Origin: Aquifex aeolicus VF5
GTDB lineage: Bacteria > Aquificota > Aquificia > Aquificales > Aquificaceae
DNA length: 32,000 bases
Reading direction: 5' to 3'
Assembly: GCF_000008625.1 (NCBI RefSeq)
Contig: NC_000918.1
Coordinates: forward strand, 540,001-572,000
Below the pieces are notes generated by a model. It made no database searches, had not been told where the DNA came from, and saw only the letters and a list, made by a program, of their open reading frames with translations. This document shows, in pieces, positions 18,785-27,768 of this stretch. Positions within the stretch are counted from its first letter, which is position 1. The number at the start of each line of letters is the position of its first letter. Made by a program: the position numbers and the translations under genes.

Positions 18785-19891
18785 ATGGAAGAGATACTTA
18801 TATGGATAAAGAAATTAGAAAAGTACCTCTATGCGCTTAATGCGAAAGTGGCCGGAATACCTCTTTACAAAATAATTATTGCATCTGCAATTATGCTTTT
18901 TACCCTAATTTTAAGGAGACTTATAGCTTTTTTAATAGTTAAAATCTTAACGAAATTAACTATAAGGACAAAAACTGATGTTGACGAATTAATAGTAAAG
19001 GCATTCGTAAAGCCTTTTAGCTACTTTATCGTTGTTTTTGGTTTTTATTTATCCCTTTTAGTGCTTGAAGTTCCGAAGGTTTACGCAGATAAATTTCTTA
19101 AAACTTTTTCACTGCTTATACTCGGATGGGCAATTATAAGATTCTTGAATCTATTTCACAATAAAATTGTGGAATTTTTCGTAAAAGTTGGGGGAAAAGA
19201 CTTTGCTGAAGAGGTAGGAGATTTTATTTTAAAGATTTTAAAGGCCTTTGTCGTTGTTATCGTAGGTGCTTCCCTTCTTCAGGAATGGGGAGTAAATATA
19301 GGAGCTATCCTCGCTTCCGTAGGACTTTTGGGTCTTGCCGTTTCACTAGCGGCTAAAGATACCTTTGAAAATATACTGAGCGGATTAATAATACTCTTAG
19401 ATAAACCTGTGAAAGTGGGTGAAACGGTAAAAGTTAAGGATTTCATGGGAAGTGTTGAGGACATAGGTCTGCGTTCAACGAAGATAAGAACCTTTGACAA
19501 GTCTTTAGTTACTATTCCCAACAGAGATATAGTTAACAACCACGTTGAGAACTTCACGAGGAGAAACAAAAGGAGGGTAAGGTTTTACATAGGAGTGGTT
19601 TATTCTACAAAGAGGGAGCAACTTGAAAACATATTAAAGGAGATAAGGGAACTTTTGAAGGAGCACCCCGGAGTAGCGAAGGACGAAAAGTTTTACGTTT
19701 ACTTTGAAAATTACGGAGATAGTTCCCTAAATATACTAATTCAATACTACGCAAATACGAACGATTACGAAGAGTACTTGAAAATAATAGAAGACATAAA
19801 CCTTAAAATAATGGAAATAGTTGAGAAAAACGGAAGTTCTTTTGCTTTCCCAAGCAGATCTGTATACATAGAAAAGATGCCGAAATCTTAA
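18785..19891 (+). CDS. small-conductance mechanosensitive channel (MscS family)
   Basis: Multiple N-terminal TM helices are followed by the MscS core (GLLGLAVSLAAKDTFENILSGLIILLDKPVKVGETVKV...G.VEDIGLRSTKIRTFD...IPN). Confidence 0.85.
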   Translation: MEEILIWIKKLEKYLYALNAKVAGIPLYKIIIASAIMLFTLILRRLIAFLIVKILTKLTIRTKTDVDELIVKAFVKPFSYFIVVFGFYLSLLVLEVPKVYADKFLKTFSLLILGWAIIRFLNLFHNKIVEFFVKVGGKDFAEEVGDFILKILKAFVVVIVGASLLQEWGVNIGAILASVGLLGLAVSLAAKDTFENILSGLIILLDKPVKVGETVKVKDFMGSVEDIGLRSTKIRTFDKSLVTIPNRDIVNNHVENFTRRNKRRVRFYIGVVYSTKREQLENILKEIRELLKEHPGVAKDEKFYVYFENYGDSSLNILIQYYANTNDYEEYLKIIEDINLKIMEIVEKNGSSFAFPSRSVYIEKMPKS

Positions 19892-20256
19892 CTTTTCTTT
19901 TTTATATACGCCACCGCTACAGAATAATCCCTCTCGTGAGACAAGGAAACTATCACTTCGTAATTTTTCAGGATTTCTTCTACTCCTTCTCTGTTTATTA
20001 CAACCGTTGGCGGTCTTCCTCTATTCCCGAGTATTTCTATCTCCTTAAACCTCAAAAAAATTTTAAATTCGGTGTAAAAGGCTTTTAAAACAGCTTCCTT
20101 CCCCGCCCACCTCGCGGCGAGGCAGGGAAGGAAATCGCAGTGTGCGTAGCAGTATTCAAGTTCCCTCTTCGTGTATATCCTGTCTAGGAATTTATCCCCG
20201 AAGCGTTCAAGGGCATCCTTAATCCGTTCATTCTTCACTATATCCACGCCTATCAT
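19888..20256 (-). CDS. acpS: holo-[acyl-carrier-protein] synthase (4'-phosphopantetheinyl transferase)
   Basis: MIGVDIVKNERI is the typical AcpS start. Other matches are ARWAGKEAVLKA and SLSHERDYSVAVA. The protein is 122 aa. It forms an ATGA overlap with the upstream protease gene. Confidence 0.85.
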   Translation of the reverse strand: MIGVDIVKNERIKDALERFGDKFLDRIYTKRELEYCYAHCDFLPCLAARWAGKEAVLKAFYTEFKIFLRFKEIEILGNRGRPPTVVINREGVEEILKNYEVIVSLSHERDYSVAVAYIKKKS

Positions 20257-21119
20257 TTAGCGTTTTGCTGTTGCTGGGGAGACTTGTAGGGGACGGGTAT
20301 GTACTGAACGGACGGCGGTTGGGAACCCATCGGCTGTTCGTAGAGTTCCATGAGTTCGTAAACCTCTTGGGGAACGTTTGTGTTTACAGGCAGTCCGAGA
20401 CTCTTCAAGTATTCTACGGTTAAGGGATAGTCGTGTGTGAACTTTCCGGTTGCGAGCTCTTCCGCTATTTTCTTAGCCTTTTCCTTATCCATTCCGTTTT
20501 TTGTAAGGAGATCTACGAGGCAATCCACCATTTGTTTTATAGCCTTTTCGGAGACGTCCGCCATAATAAGGGTCTGGTCGTCGATGTCCTTGGGGTCCTT
20601 TTTCTCTAAAACCTTTAGAATAGAGGCTGCTGGCATGTTTCCTATTTGAGGGTCAACGGGTCCGAGAACCGCGTTTTCGTCCATTATTATCTCATCTGCC
20701 GCAAGTGCTATCAGAGTTCCACCGGACATGGCATAGTGGGGAACTATGACTCTTACGGGAGCTTTGTGCTTAACTAAAGCGTTTGCTATTTGGGTTGCTG
20801 CGAGCGCAAGACCTCCGGGTGTGTGTATTATAAGGTCTATGGGCATATCGTCGGGAGTCATCCTGATAGCCCTTAAAACCCTCTCACTGTCCTCAATAGT
20901 CATGAACCTGAATATGGGAATTCCCAGAAAACCAATTTGTTCCTGTCTGTGAATCATAGTTATAACCCTGCTCTTCCTCTTTTCCTCCAGTTTCCTTATT
21001 ACGTCCTCCCTCGCCTTGATAAGAGCCATACGCTTGTACCAAGGGGAGAGGAGGATAAAGACAAAAAGTAAAAACCAAAGTAAGCTGAAAAGGTACGAAA
21101 ACGGGTCGTAGTAGGGCAT
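20253..21119 (-). CDS. membrane-anchored ClpP/SppA-fold serine protease (SDH 'serine dehydrogenase proteinase' family)
   Basis: It has an N-terminal TM helix (LFSLLWFLLFVFILL). IHTPGGLALAATQIA...HYAMSGGTLIALAADEI is characteristic of the ClpP-fold S49/SDH-type peptidases. The C-terminus is a QQQQ tail. Confidence 0.7.
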   Translation of the reverse strand: MPYYDPFSYLFSLLWFLLFVFILLSPWYKRMALIKAREDVIRKLEEKRKSRVITMIHRQEQIGFLGIPIFRFMTIEDSERVLRAIRMTPDDMPIDLIIHTPGGLALAATQIANALVKHKAPVRVIVPHYAMSGGTLIALAADEIIMDENAVLGPVDPQIGNMPAASILKVLEKKDPKDIDDQTLIMADVSEKAIKQMVDCLVDLLTKNGMDKEKAKKIAEELATGKFTHDYPLTVEYLKSLGLPVNTNVPQEVYELMELYEQPMGSQPPSVQYIPVPYKSPQQQQNAK

Positions 21120-22285
21120 TATTCTCCTCCTCTTAAAACATTTCCAATAATAAATTCTACGATAAATCTGGCATTTTCCAACTTAGAACCTTTCGGAAGT
21201 TCAACTATCTGGTCCTTTGTTATCAAATACCCTTCGTGTTCCTTCTTTCCCATAACTTTTACAGGATTTGCAACGATTAAATCAAGATTCTTCCTCTCAA
21301 GTTTTTCCCTTGCGTACTCAAGAAGGTTGTCACTCTCCAGTGCAAATCCCACCAGAATTTTATATCCCTTCTTCCTTCCGAGTTCTTCCAGAATGTCTGG
21401 ATTCTTCACGAGTTCTAAAAGGATTTTATCCCTTTTCTTTATCTTTTCTTTACTAACCTTTGAAGGCTTGAAGTCTGCAACAGCTGCGTTCATGACCACT
21501 ATATCCGCCCAGTCGTAGTGCTCTAGAACCTTTTCTCTCATCTCCTCTGTGGTTTGAACTCTTATTATCTCCACTTCAGGAGGTTCTTTTGCCGTAGTAG
21601 TTCCCGCAATTACTTTCACTTCTGCTCCCTTCCACCTGAAGATACGGGCAAGTGAAAAGCCCATCTCACCGCTTGAGTAATTTGATATAAATCTTACGGG
21701 GTCTATAAACTCCTTTGTCGCACCGCAGGTAATTAAAACCTTCTTTCCCTTTAAGGGTTTTTCTTCGGATACGTAATAAATCCAGTCTATCAATCTGTCA
21801 ATGCTCGCCAGTTTCCCCTCCCCAACCTCTTTGCAGGCGAGAACTCCGAACTCCGGTTCTATTATTACGTGTCCCCACTCTTTTAATTTTTTCAGATTTT
21901 CCTGAGTGGAAGGAGATTTATACATAACGGTGTTCATAGCGGGGGCTACAAGCAGAGGCTTTCCGTAGGCGAGAATCGTGGTAGTGAGGAGGTTGTCTGA
22001 TATACCGTTTGCTATTTTTGCTATCGTGTTTGCCGTGGCCGGTGCTATTAAAAAAACGTCTGCCCACCTCGCTAAGTTTATATGGGCAAGGGGTTCTTCT
22101 TCCCAGTCCTTATCCGTATACGCTTTATTCCCGCTCAAGGTTTGAAAAGTTAGTGGAGACATGAACTTTTCTGCAAAGGGGGTAAGTATAGTTTTTACGC
22201 TGTGCCCTTTCCTTTTTAATTCCCTTACGAGTTCACAAACTTTGTAGGAGGCTATTCCTCCGCAAACTCCTATGAGGATATTCAT
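21119..22285 (-). CDS. coaBC: bifunctional phosphopantothenoylcysteine decarboxylase / phosphopantothenate-cysteine ligase
   Basis: The N-terminal flavoprotein domain reads ILIGVCGGIASYKVCELVR...APATANTIAKIANGISDNLL...PAMN. The C-terminal CoaB domain reads RFISNYSSGEMG...NAAVADF. Confidence 0.92.
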   Translation of the reverse strand: MNILIGVCGGIASYKVCELVRELKRKGHSVKTILTPFAEKFMSPLTFQTLSGNKAYTDKDWEEEPLAHINLARWADVFLIAPATANTIAKIANGISDNLLTTTILAYGKPLLVAPAMNTVMYKSPSTQENLKKLKEWGHVIIEPEFGVLACKEVGEGKLASIDRLIDWIYYVSEEKPLKGKKVLITCGATKEFIDPVRFISNYSSGEMGFSLARIFRWKGAEVKVIAGTTTAKEPPEVEIIRVQTTEEMREKVLEHYDWADIVVMNAAVADFKPSKVSKEKIKKRDKILLELVKNPDILEELGRKKGYKILVGFALESDNLLEYAREKLERKNLDLIVANPVKVMGKKEHEGYLITKDQIVELPKGSKLENARFIVEFIIGNVLRGGE

Positions 22286-22309
22286 TAAGTTAAATTTAAA
22301 ATAACAAGT
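22286..22309. promoter_or_regulatory. 24-bp divergent spacer between coaBC and hemL, candidate back-to-back leaderless promoters
   Basis: The + strand reads TAAGTTAAATTTAAAATAACAAGT. TAAAAT (22297-22302) lies 7 nt before the hemL ATG. On the minus strand, TAAATT lies 7 nt before the coaBC ATG. The core TTAAATTTAA is a perfect palindrome. Neither side has an SD. Confidence 0.3.
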
Positions 22310-23584
22310 ATGAAGAACGAAAAGTTATACAGAGAAGCCCTTCAGGTAATGCCCGGAGGCGTAAACAGTCCCGTCAGAGCCTTTAAAGCGGTAGGGGGAA
22401 AGCCCATTTTCCTTGTTAAGGGAAGAGGACCAAGAGTCTGGGACGCCGAAGGGAACGAGTACATAGATTTCCTCGCTTCCTGGGGGGCTATAATCCTCGG
22501 ACACGCTCCCAAGAAAGTGGTGAAAGCGGTTCAGGAGGAAGCTGAAAAGGGACTTTCTTTCGGTTTGACAAACCCTCACGAAGTAACACTGGCAAAGCTC
22601 GTGGTTGAGATGGTTCCTAGTGTTGAAAAAGTAAGGTTCGTAAACTCTGGAACTGAAGCCACGATGTCTGCGGTGAGACTCGCAAGGGGAGTCACAGGAA
22701 GAAAGTACATAGTGAAGTTTGAAGGTTGCTACCACGGTCACTATGATAGCCTCCTCGTGAGTGCGGGTTCGGGCGTGGCTACTTTCGGGATCCCTGGAAC
22801 TCCCGGCATTCCTGAAGAAATAGCGAAGCTCACCATAGTCTTGCCTTACAACGATGTTCAAGCTCTGGAGGAAGCCTTTAAAGAGTACGGCAGTGAAATA
22901 GCGGGAGTTATAGTGGAGCCCATAGCGGGAAATATGGGCGTAGTTCCCCCAAAGAAGGAATTCCTTATAAGACTCAGGGAACTCACGAAAGAGTACGGAA
23001 GCCTCCTTATGTTTGACGAAGTAATTACGGGTTTTAGACTTTCAAAGGGCGGAGCTCAGGAACTCTTTGGTATAGAGCCCGACATAACATGCCTCGGGAA
23101 AATACTCGGAGGAGGACTGCCCGTAGGTGCTTACGGAGGAAGAAGGGAAATTATGGAAAGGGTAGCTCCCGAGGGTGAAGTGTATCAGGCCGGAACGCTT
23201 GCGGGAAATCCCCTTGCTATGGTTTCGGGTTCTGAAACCTTAAAAGATTTAAGGGACAAAGAACCTTACAAGGAACTGGAAGAGAAGATGGAGAAACTTG
23301 CCAGAGGCGTTAAGGATATCCTCACCGAAAAGGGAATACAGCACACGATAAACAAGGTAGGTTCTATGATGACGGTGTTCTTCACGGATAAGAAAGTTGT
23401 GGACTTCCAAACCGCTAAGACTTCGGACACAGAGCTGTTCGCAAAGTTCTTCAGAGCACTTTTAAACAAAGGTGTGTTAATTCCGCCCTCTCAATTCGAG
23501 GCGTGGTTCTTAACCACCGCACACGAGGAAGAAGTAATAGACGAAGCCCTTGAAAGAATCCGGGACGCGGTAAAGGAACTGTGA
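22310..23584 (+). CDS. hemL: glutamate-1-semialdehyde 2,1-aminomutase
   Basis: Matches are MPGGVNSPVRAF, DFLASWGAIILGH, FVNSGTEATM, FDEVITGFR and LGKILGGGLPVGAYGG (PLP-Lys region). Confidence 0.95.
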   Translation: MKNEKLYREALQVMPGGVNSPVRAFKAVGGKPIFLVKGRGPRVWDAEGNEYIDFLASWGAIILGHAPKKVVKAVQEEAEKGLSFGLTNPHEVTLAKLVVEMVPSVEKVRFVNSGTEATMSAVRLARGVTGRKYIVKFEGCYHGHYDSLLVSAGSGVATFGIPGTPGIPEEIAKLTIVLPYNDVQALEEAFKEYGSEIAGVIVEPIAGNMGVVPPKKEFLIRLRELTKEYGSLLMFDEVITGFRLSKGGAQELFGIEPDITCLGKILGGGLPVGAYGGRREIMERVAPEGEVYQAGTLAGNPLAMVSGSETLKDLRDKEPYKELEEKMEKLARGVKDILTEKGIQHTINKVGSMMTVFFTDKKVVDFQTAKTSDTELFAKFFRALLNKGVLIPPSQFEAWFLTTAHEEEVIDEALERIRDAVKEL

Positions 23585-23587
23585 CGA

Positions 23588-24562
23588 ATGCTTAAAAACC
23601 TTATCAGGAGTGTAATAAAGGGTTCTGTGCTCCTCGTTTTTTTTCTCCTCCTCTCTTTCCTCTTCTTGGCCTACAGGAGCTTTTCCCCGGAAGCCCTTTA
23701 TCTCGTTGGAAACCTCAATAAGTTTTACCTACTTCTGGCTTTCTTTTGTTTATTCCTCGTCCACACCTTTGACAACGCCAGACTCTTTATAATTTCCAGA
23801 GCCCTCGGTATAAAGTACTCCTTCCTTTACGGTTACATTACTTCCTTTGTGAATACCTTCGGTGCTACCGTAACTCCGGCTCACATCGGCGGAGAGGGGA
23901 TGGCGGTTTACATGCTCCTCAGAAAAGGAATAAGTGCCCACAAGGTGGCTACTGCGGTTACCTTTAAAACGGTCACGGGTATGGTTTTCTTCATATTGTG
24001 CTTTCCCTTCCTCATTCTTCAAACCCTAAAAAGCCCCAAAAATTTTATAAATCTGTTCCTCATACTTTTAGTTCTTCTCCTGTTTACTCCCTTATTCTTT
24101 ACGGGAATAAAGAAATTCCTTAAGAAAAAGGATAGTGAAGGTCTCGGATCTAAATTGAGAAAGTTCTTGGTCAAGTACCTCGGTGCGGTTAAGTTCTTCT
24201 ACAAAAGGAAGAAAGCGGAGTTCCTGCTCGCGAGCTTGTCCTCAATAGGGCTTTACCTCTCGTTTCTCTTTATAGCCTTCTTCCTGCTCCTTTCCTTCGG
24301 AAAGGAAGTTTCGCCTTTGGAAATCCTTTCACTTCAGCTCGGACTTCTTTACGCGATATTTGTAAGCCCCACACCGGGAGGTAGCGGAGTAGGAGAGATT
24401 GGGGGGTACGTTATCTTTGCGGGACTGCTCGGTCAGAACGAAGTTGGTGTTTTCGTCCTTCTCTGGCGCTTAATAAGTCAGTACTTCAGCGCCTTCCTTG
24501 GAGGTATCCTATTTTTCATATGCTTACTGATAGACACAAAGAAGTACTTAAAGGTCTATTAG
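23588..24562 (+). CDS. UPF0104 / LPG-synthase-TM (flippase-like) family integral membrane protein
   Basis: It has about 8 TM helices. TPAHIGGEGMAVYML and the C-terminal SPTPGGSGVGE motif are typical of the lysylphosphatidylglycerol-synthase transmembrane (flippase-like) domain family. It starts 3 nt after the hemL stop. Confidence 0.7.
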   Translation: MLKNLIRSVIKGSVLLVFFLLLSFLFLAYRSFSPEALYLVGNLNKFYLLLAFFCLFLVHTFDNARLFIISRALGIKYSFLYGYITSFVNTFGATVTPAHIGGEGMAVYMLLRKGISAHKVATAVTFKTVTGMVFFILCFPFLILQTLKSPKNFINLFLILLVLLLFTPLFFTGIKKFLKKKDSEGLGSKLRKFLVKYLGAVKFFYKRKKAEFLLASLSSIGLYLSFLFIAFFLLLSFGKEVSPLEILSLQLGLLYAIFVSPTPGGSGVGEIGGYVIFAGLLGQNEVGVFVLLWRLISQYFSAFLGGILFFICLLIDTKKYLKVY

Positions 24563-25839
24563 CGGGTATATTGTTTTACCTTTCCTTCTCAAAGTTAAAT
24601 CTTTACTTTCTCGTATTTCCCGCTTTATTTCTGGGAATAAGAAAGAACTTCTTAAGGCTCTTTTCCTTCGGTTTTAGTGCCTTTTTCCTTTCCCTACTCT
24701 GGATAAGGATACCTTTAATAGATTATGGAAATATTAATCCCTTCATAGCCTATCCCGCTTTAGTTCTGCTCGTTCTTTTCCTGAGCTTATACCAGTTCGG
24801 ACTTACGTACCTTTTGTGGAGGGTTTTTAAATTTAGTTTTTTTGCATTTCCATTTTTGTACACCTTAGTTGAAATCTTGCGCTCCCACCTGCCTTACGGA
24901 GGCTTCCCTTGGCTGCTTCTGGGTGTCAACCTCGTGGACATTCCCGTGCTCAGATACACACTAAACGCTGGAACCGTTTTCCTAGGGAGTTTTGTAGTAC
25001 TCCTGATTTCACTCTTTCCCTTATTCAATAAAAAAGAGAAGATCTTTTCTTTAGCAATTATCACTCCTCTTCTAATTTACGGTTTTATAAAGGAAACATC
25101 TTACAGAGTTACTCACTACGGATTAAAAATCGCGTTAATACAGCCTTTTGTGCCTCAAGATGTTAAACTCAACAGGGAATTATTTGAATTGAAATACGGC
25201 GAAATAATTGAACTTGTAAAAAAAGCGGTTGAAAAAAAGCCCGATTTAGTCGTGCTCCCAGAGTCTGCATTTCCTTTTTACCTCGGCGAACTGGAAGAAA
25301 AAGGAAAGGAAATTCTTGAACTCTCAAAAAAAGTTCCCATAATTACGGGTTTTATAGAAATAGATGAAGGCTTTAAACCTTACAATACGGTAGTTCTCTT
25401 AAAAGACGGCAGAGTAATAGAAAAGTACAGAAAGATCAAATTAGTTCCCTTCGGAGAGTACACACCCTTTCCCTTCAAGTTTTTTTCCAAATACGTGCCG
25501 TACCTGAGCTTTGAAGATTACAACAGGGGAAATAAGGTAAAGTGTTTCCAGTTAAATGGGTTCTCAATAGGAACACCTGTATGTTTTGAGGTTGCTTATC
25601 CTTTCTTCGTTAAGTCTTTCGGGTGTGAATTTATAGCAGTTTTGACAAACGATGCCTGGTTCAGGGATTCAGAGGGGACTTTTCAGCATATGAAACTCGC
25701 AAGAGTAAGAGCAATTGAAAATGAAAAATTCTTCCTGTGGGTAAACAACACAGGCCCATCGGGTATTATCTCTCCGAGAGGTGAGGTAATAAAGAGTATT
25801 GATTACGGAAGTAGAGGTATTTTACTTTTCTCCTTTTAA
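24520..25839 (+). CDS. lnt: apolipoprotein N-acyltransferase
   Basis: A polytopic N-terminal domain (PWLLLG) precedes a C-terminal nitrilase/CN-hydrolase domain (DLVVLPESAF...YRKIKLVPFGEY...GTPVCFE). It overlaps the upstream gene by 43 nt. The exact start is uncertain. Confidence 0.8.
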   Translation: MLTDRHKEVLKGLLAGILFYLSFSKLNLYFLVFPALFLGIRKNFLRLFSFGFSAFFLSLLWIRIPLIDYGNINPFIAYPALVLLVLFLSLYQFGLTYLLWRVFKFSFFAFPFLYTLVEILRSHLPYGGFPWLLLGVNLVDIPVLRYTLNAGTVFLGSFVVLLISLFPLFNKKEKIFSLAIITPLLIYGFIKETSYRVTHYGLKIALIQPFVPQDVKLNRELFELKYGEIIELVKKAVEKKPDLVVLPESAFPFYLGELEEKGKEILELSKKVPIITGFIEIDEGFKPYNTVVLLKDGRVIEKYRKIKLVPFGEYTPFPFKFFSKYVPYLSFEDYNRGNKVKCFQLNGFSIGTPVCFEVAYPFFVKSFGCEFIAVLTNDAWFRDSEGTFQHMKLARVRAIENEKFFLWVNNTGPSGIISPRGEVIKSIDYGSRGILLFSF

Positions 25840-26418
25840 TATTTCTTTGACACGCTCGTATATGTAAAACCTCACCTTGACCTCATCTGGAGTATCTAGG
25901 AAGAGTTCGTAACCGCAAAGGATATCACCGTTTTCAAACTCTCTTACATTTACTAGCCTTGCACTCCCTTTAATCCACTCCTCAAGGTTTGGAAGATAAA
26001 TCTCCACTTCGGAAATTTCTTTGTTCTTCAGGATTTCGTCTATCTCTTCCATACCGCATTTTATGGAAAATCCGACCTCAGAAATGTCGTAAACTTCCTT
26101 GGTTATTTCGTTAAACCTTACCTTTACAGGATTTTCAGGATCGCTTAGAACTCTAACATTCCTTCTATCTCCCAAAGGTTTCTCTGGTGTGAGTGAGGGA
26201 AATTCTAAGAGTACTTCGTCTTCCTTCTTTGCCTTTATTTTCGTTGGAAGCATAAATGTACTGTGTTTTAGATAAACCTTATCACCTATATTTGCAAACT
26301 TCTTGAGAAGTGGTGTCATTTTTAACTTTATACTGTTGTCTTCTATCCCTATGGACTTTGTCTGAATGTAAACTAGGATTTCTTTTTCTACCAAAAAGAC
26401 TTCAGTCTTAAGTTGCAT
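25822..26418 (-). CDS. PilZ-domain (c-di-GMP receptor) protein, YcgR-like two-domain layout
   Basis: The RxxxR motif (DRRNVRV) is followed about 30 aa later by DxSxxG (DISEVGFS), the two PilZ signature motifs. An N-terminal region of about 80 aa precedes them. It overlaps the murF 3' end by 11 nt and the lnt 3' end (convergent) by 18 nt. Confidence 0.7.
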   Translation of the reverse strand: MQLKTEVFLVEKEILVYIQTKSIGIEDNSIKLKMTPLLKKFANIGDKVYLKHSTFMLPTKIKAKKEDEVLLEFPSLTPEKPLGDRRNVRVLSDPENPVKVRFNEITKEVYDISEVGFSIKCGMEEIDEILKNKEISEVEIYLPNLEEWIKGSARLVNVREFENGDILCGYELFLDTPDEVKVRFYIYERVKEILKGEK

Positions 26419-27745
26419 TACTCATCCCCCTCAGAAAATCAACTACTTCTTCTAGTTTCATACCTCTCGACCCTTTAATCAATACCGCACACCCTTCAAA
26501 TTCTTTTAAATTTTCCTCTATAAATTGTAACATTTCTTCTTTAGTTTTAGCGTAAAATTTCTTACTTTTGTTGAAACTATCGTAGGCATATTTCATTTCA
26601 TCCCCGTAAAAGATAGCAAGACGAATACCTTTTACCGTATTTAGAAGCCTTCCTACCTCTTCGTGGAGTTCTTTACTGTGCTCTCCCAGTTCCAGCATGT
26701 CACCGAGTATAAAAACCTTGTCCCGCTTGAACGCTCCCACACTTTTTATCGCATTCCGGAGTGATACCGGATTAGCGTTGTAGGTATCGTCAATAAGGAT
26801 AAAGTTCTTTAAATTGAAAACTTTCATCCTGCCCTCTACAGGACTAAATTCTTTTAAAGCCTCCTTAAACTCTTTTAAAGTGAATCCCAGTACCTTCAAA
26901 ACACAAAAGCATGCCAGTATGTTTTCCACAAGTCCTAAACTCGGAACACTTATAAAAAACTTCTCCCCTTCTACCTCAAAGGATACGCCTTTCTCACTAA
27001 CCTCTACATTTTGGGCTTGCAGCTCTCCCCTTTCTCCGAAGGAAATCTTCTTTGGTAAAAAGAATAAGGTATCCAAAAATTTTCCCGGAATAACGGCATA
27101 AAAGTTATCCGAAATCCTGCAAAACATTTCAGCGTTTCCCCAAATTACTCCCTCTAAACTTCCAAAACCTTCAAGGTGTTCCTCTCCCAGAGTAGTTATA
27201 AGCCTAACGTGAGGCTTTGTTATCTCGATTAAATTTTTTATCTCACCCCTTTTACTTGCCCCGTGTTCCAGAACCCAAAAGTCCGTCTCTAAAGAGGCAT
27301 TTGCTACGGCAAGGGGAAGACCAACCTGAGAATTTAAGTTTCCCGGAGATTTGTAAACTTTTCCCTTTATAGAAAGTAAGTGCGATAACAATTCTTTAGT
27401 GGTAGTTTTTCCGGCGGAACCTGCAACTCCTATGACTTTTCCCTTAAAGTTTTCTCTTTTAAACTTTGCGATTTCCCTTAGACTTTCAAGCGTAGACCTG
27501 ACTTTAATTAAGAATTTTCCCGGAGGAACATCAACTTCTCTTTCGGAAATAACACCTACTGCCCCTTTTTTGAAAGCGTCGGGTATAAAGTTGTGGGCGT
27601 CAAATTTTTGTCCTTTTAATGGAATAAATACCTCACCTTGTTTTATTGTTCTAGAATCTATCGAAAAGGTTTTTACGGGAATATTTGGAGAACCTACCAA
27701 GGAACCTTTTAGTATCTTTGCAAGAGTTTGAGATGTGATTTGCAC
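26408..27745 (-). CDS. murF: UDP-N-acetylmuramoyl-tripeptide--D-alanyl-D-alanine ligase
   Basis: Matches are FSIDSRTIKQGEVFIPLKG..DAH.F, the P-loop GVAGSAGKTTTKE, and DDTYNANP. The only possible start is GTG 27745-27743, because an in-frame stop lies at 27757-27755. Confidence 0.9.
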   Translation of the reverse strand: MQITSQTLAKILKGSLVGSPNIPVKTFSIDSRTIKQGEVFIPLKGQKFDAHNFIPDAFKKGAVGVISEREVDVPPGKFLIKVRSTLESLREIAKFKRENFKGKVIGVAGSAGKTTTKELLSHLLSIKGKVYKSPGNLNSQVGLPLAVANASLETDFWVLEHGASKRGEIKNLIEITKPHVRLITTLGEEHLEGFGSLEGVIWGNAEMFCRISDNFYAVIPGKFLDTLFFLPKKISFGERGELQAQNVEVSEKGVSFEVEGEKFFISVPSLGLVENILACFCVLKVLGFTLKEFKEALKEFSPVEGRMKVFNLKNFILIDDTYNANPVSLRNAIKSVGAFKRDKVFILGDMLELGEHSKELHEEVGRLLNTVKGIRLAIFYGDEMKYAYDSFNKSKKFYAKTKEEMLQFIEENLKEFEGCAVLIKGSRGMKLEEVVDFLRGMSNAT

Positions 27746-27753
27746 AGGAATTA

Positions 27754-27762
27754 ATTATAACA
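27754..27762 (-). promoter_or_regulatory. candidate extended -10 (TGTTATAAT) between 5S rRNA and murF
   Basis: The minus strand reads GGGGC(5S end)TTTACC-TGTTATAAT-TAATTCCT-GTG(murF). The hexamer ends 8 nt before the GTG. There is no SD. Confidence 0.3.
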
Positions 27763-27768
27763 GGTAAA

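Noticed and set aside
24520-24562. A 43-nt same-strand overlap between the UPF0104-family gene and lnt, a possible frameshift or fusion site.
   Set aside because: Both reading frames are intact with their own start and stop. An SD-like GGAGGT precedes the lnt ATG. Alternative downstream lnt starts cannot be excluded, but nothing indicates a programmed frameshift.
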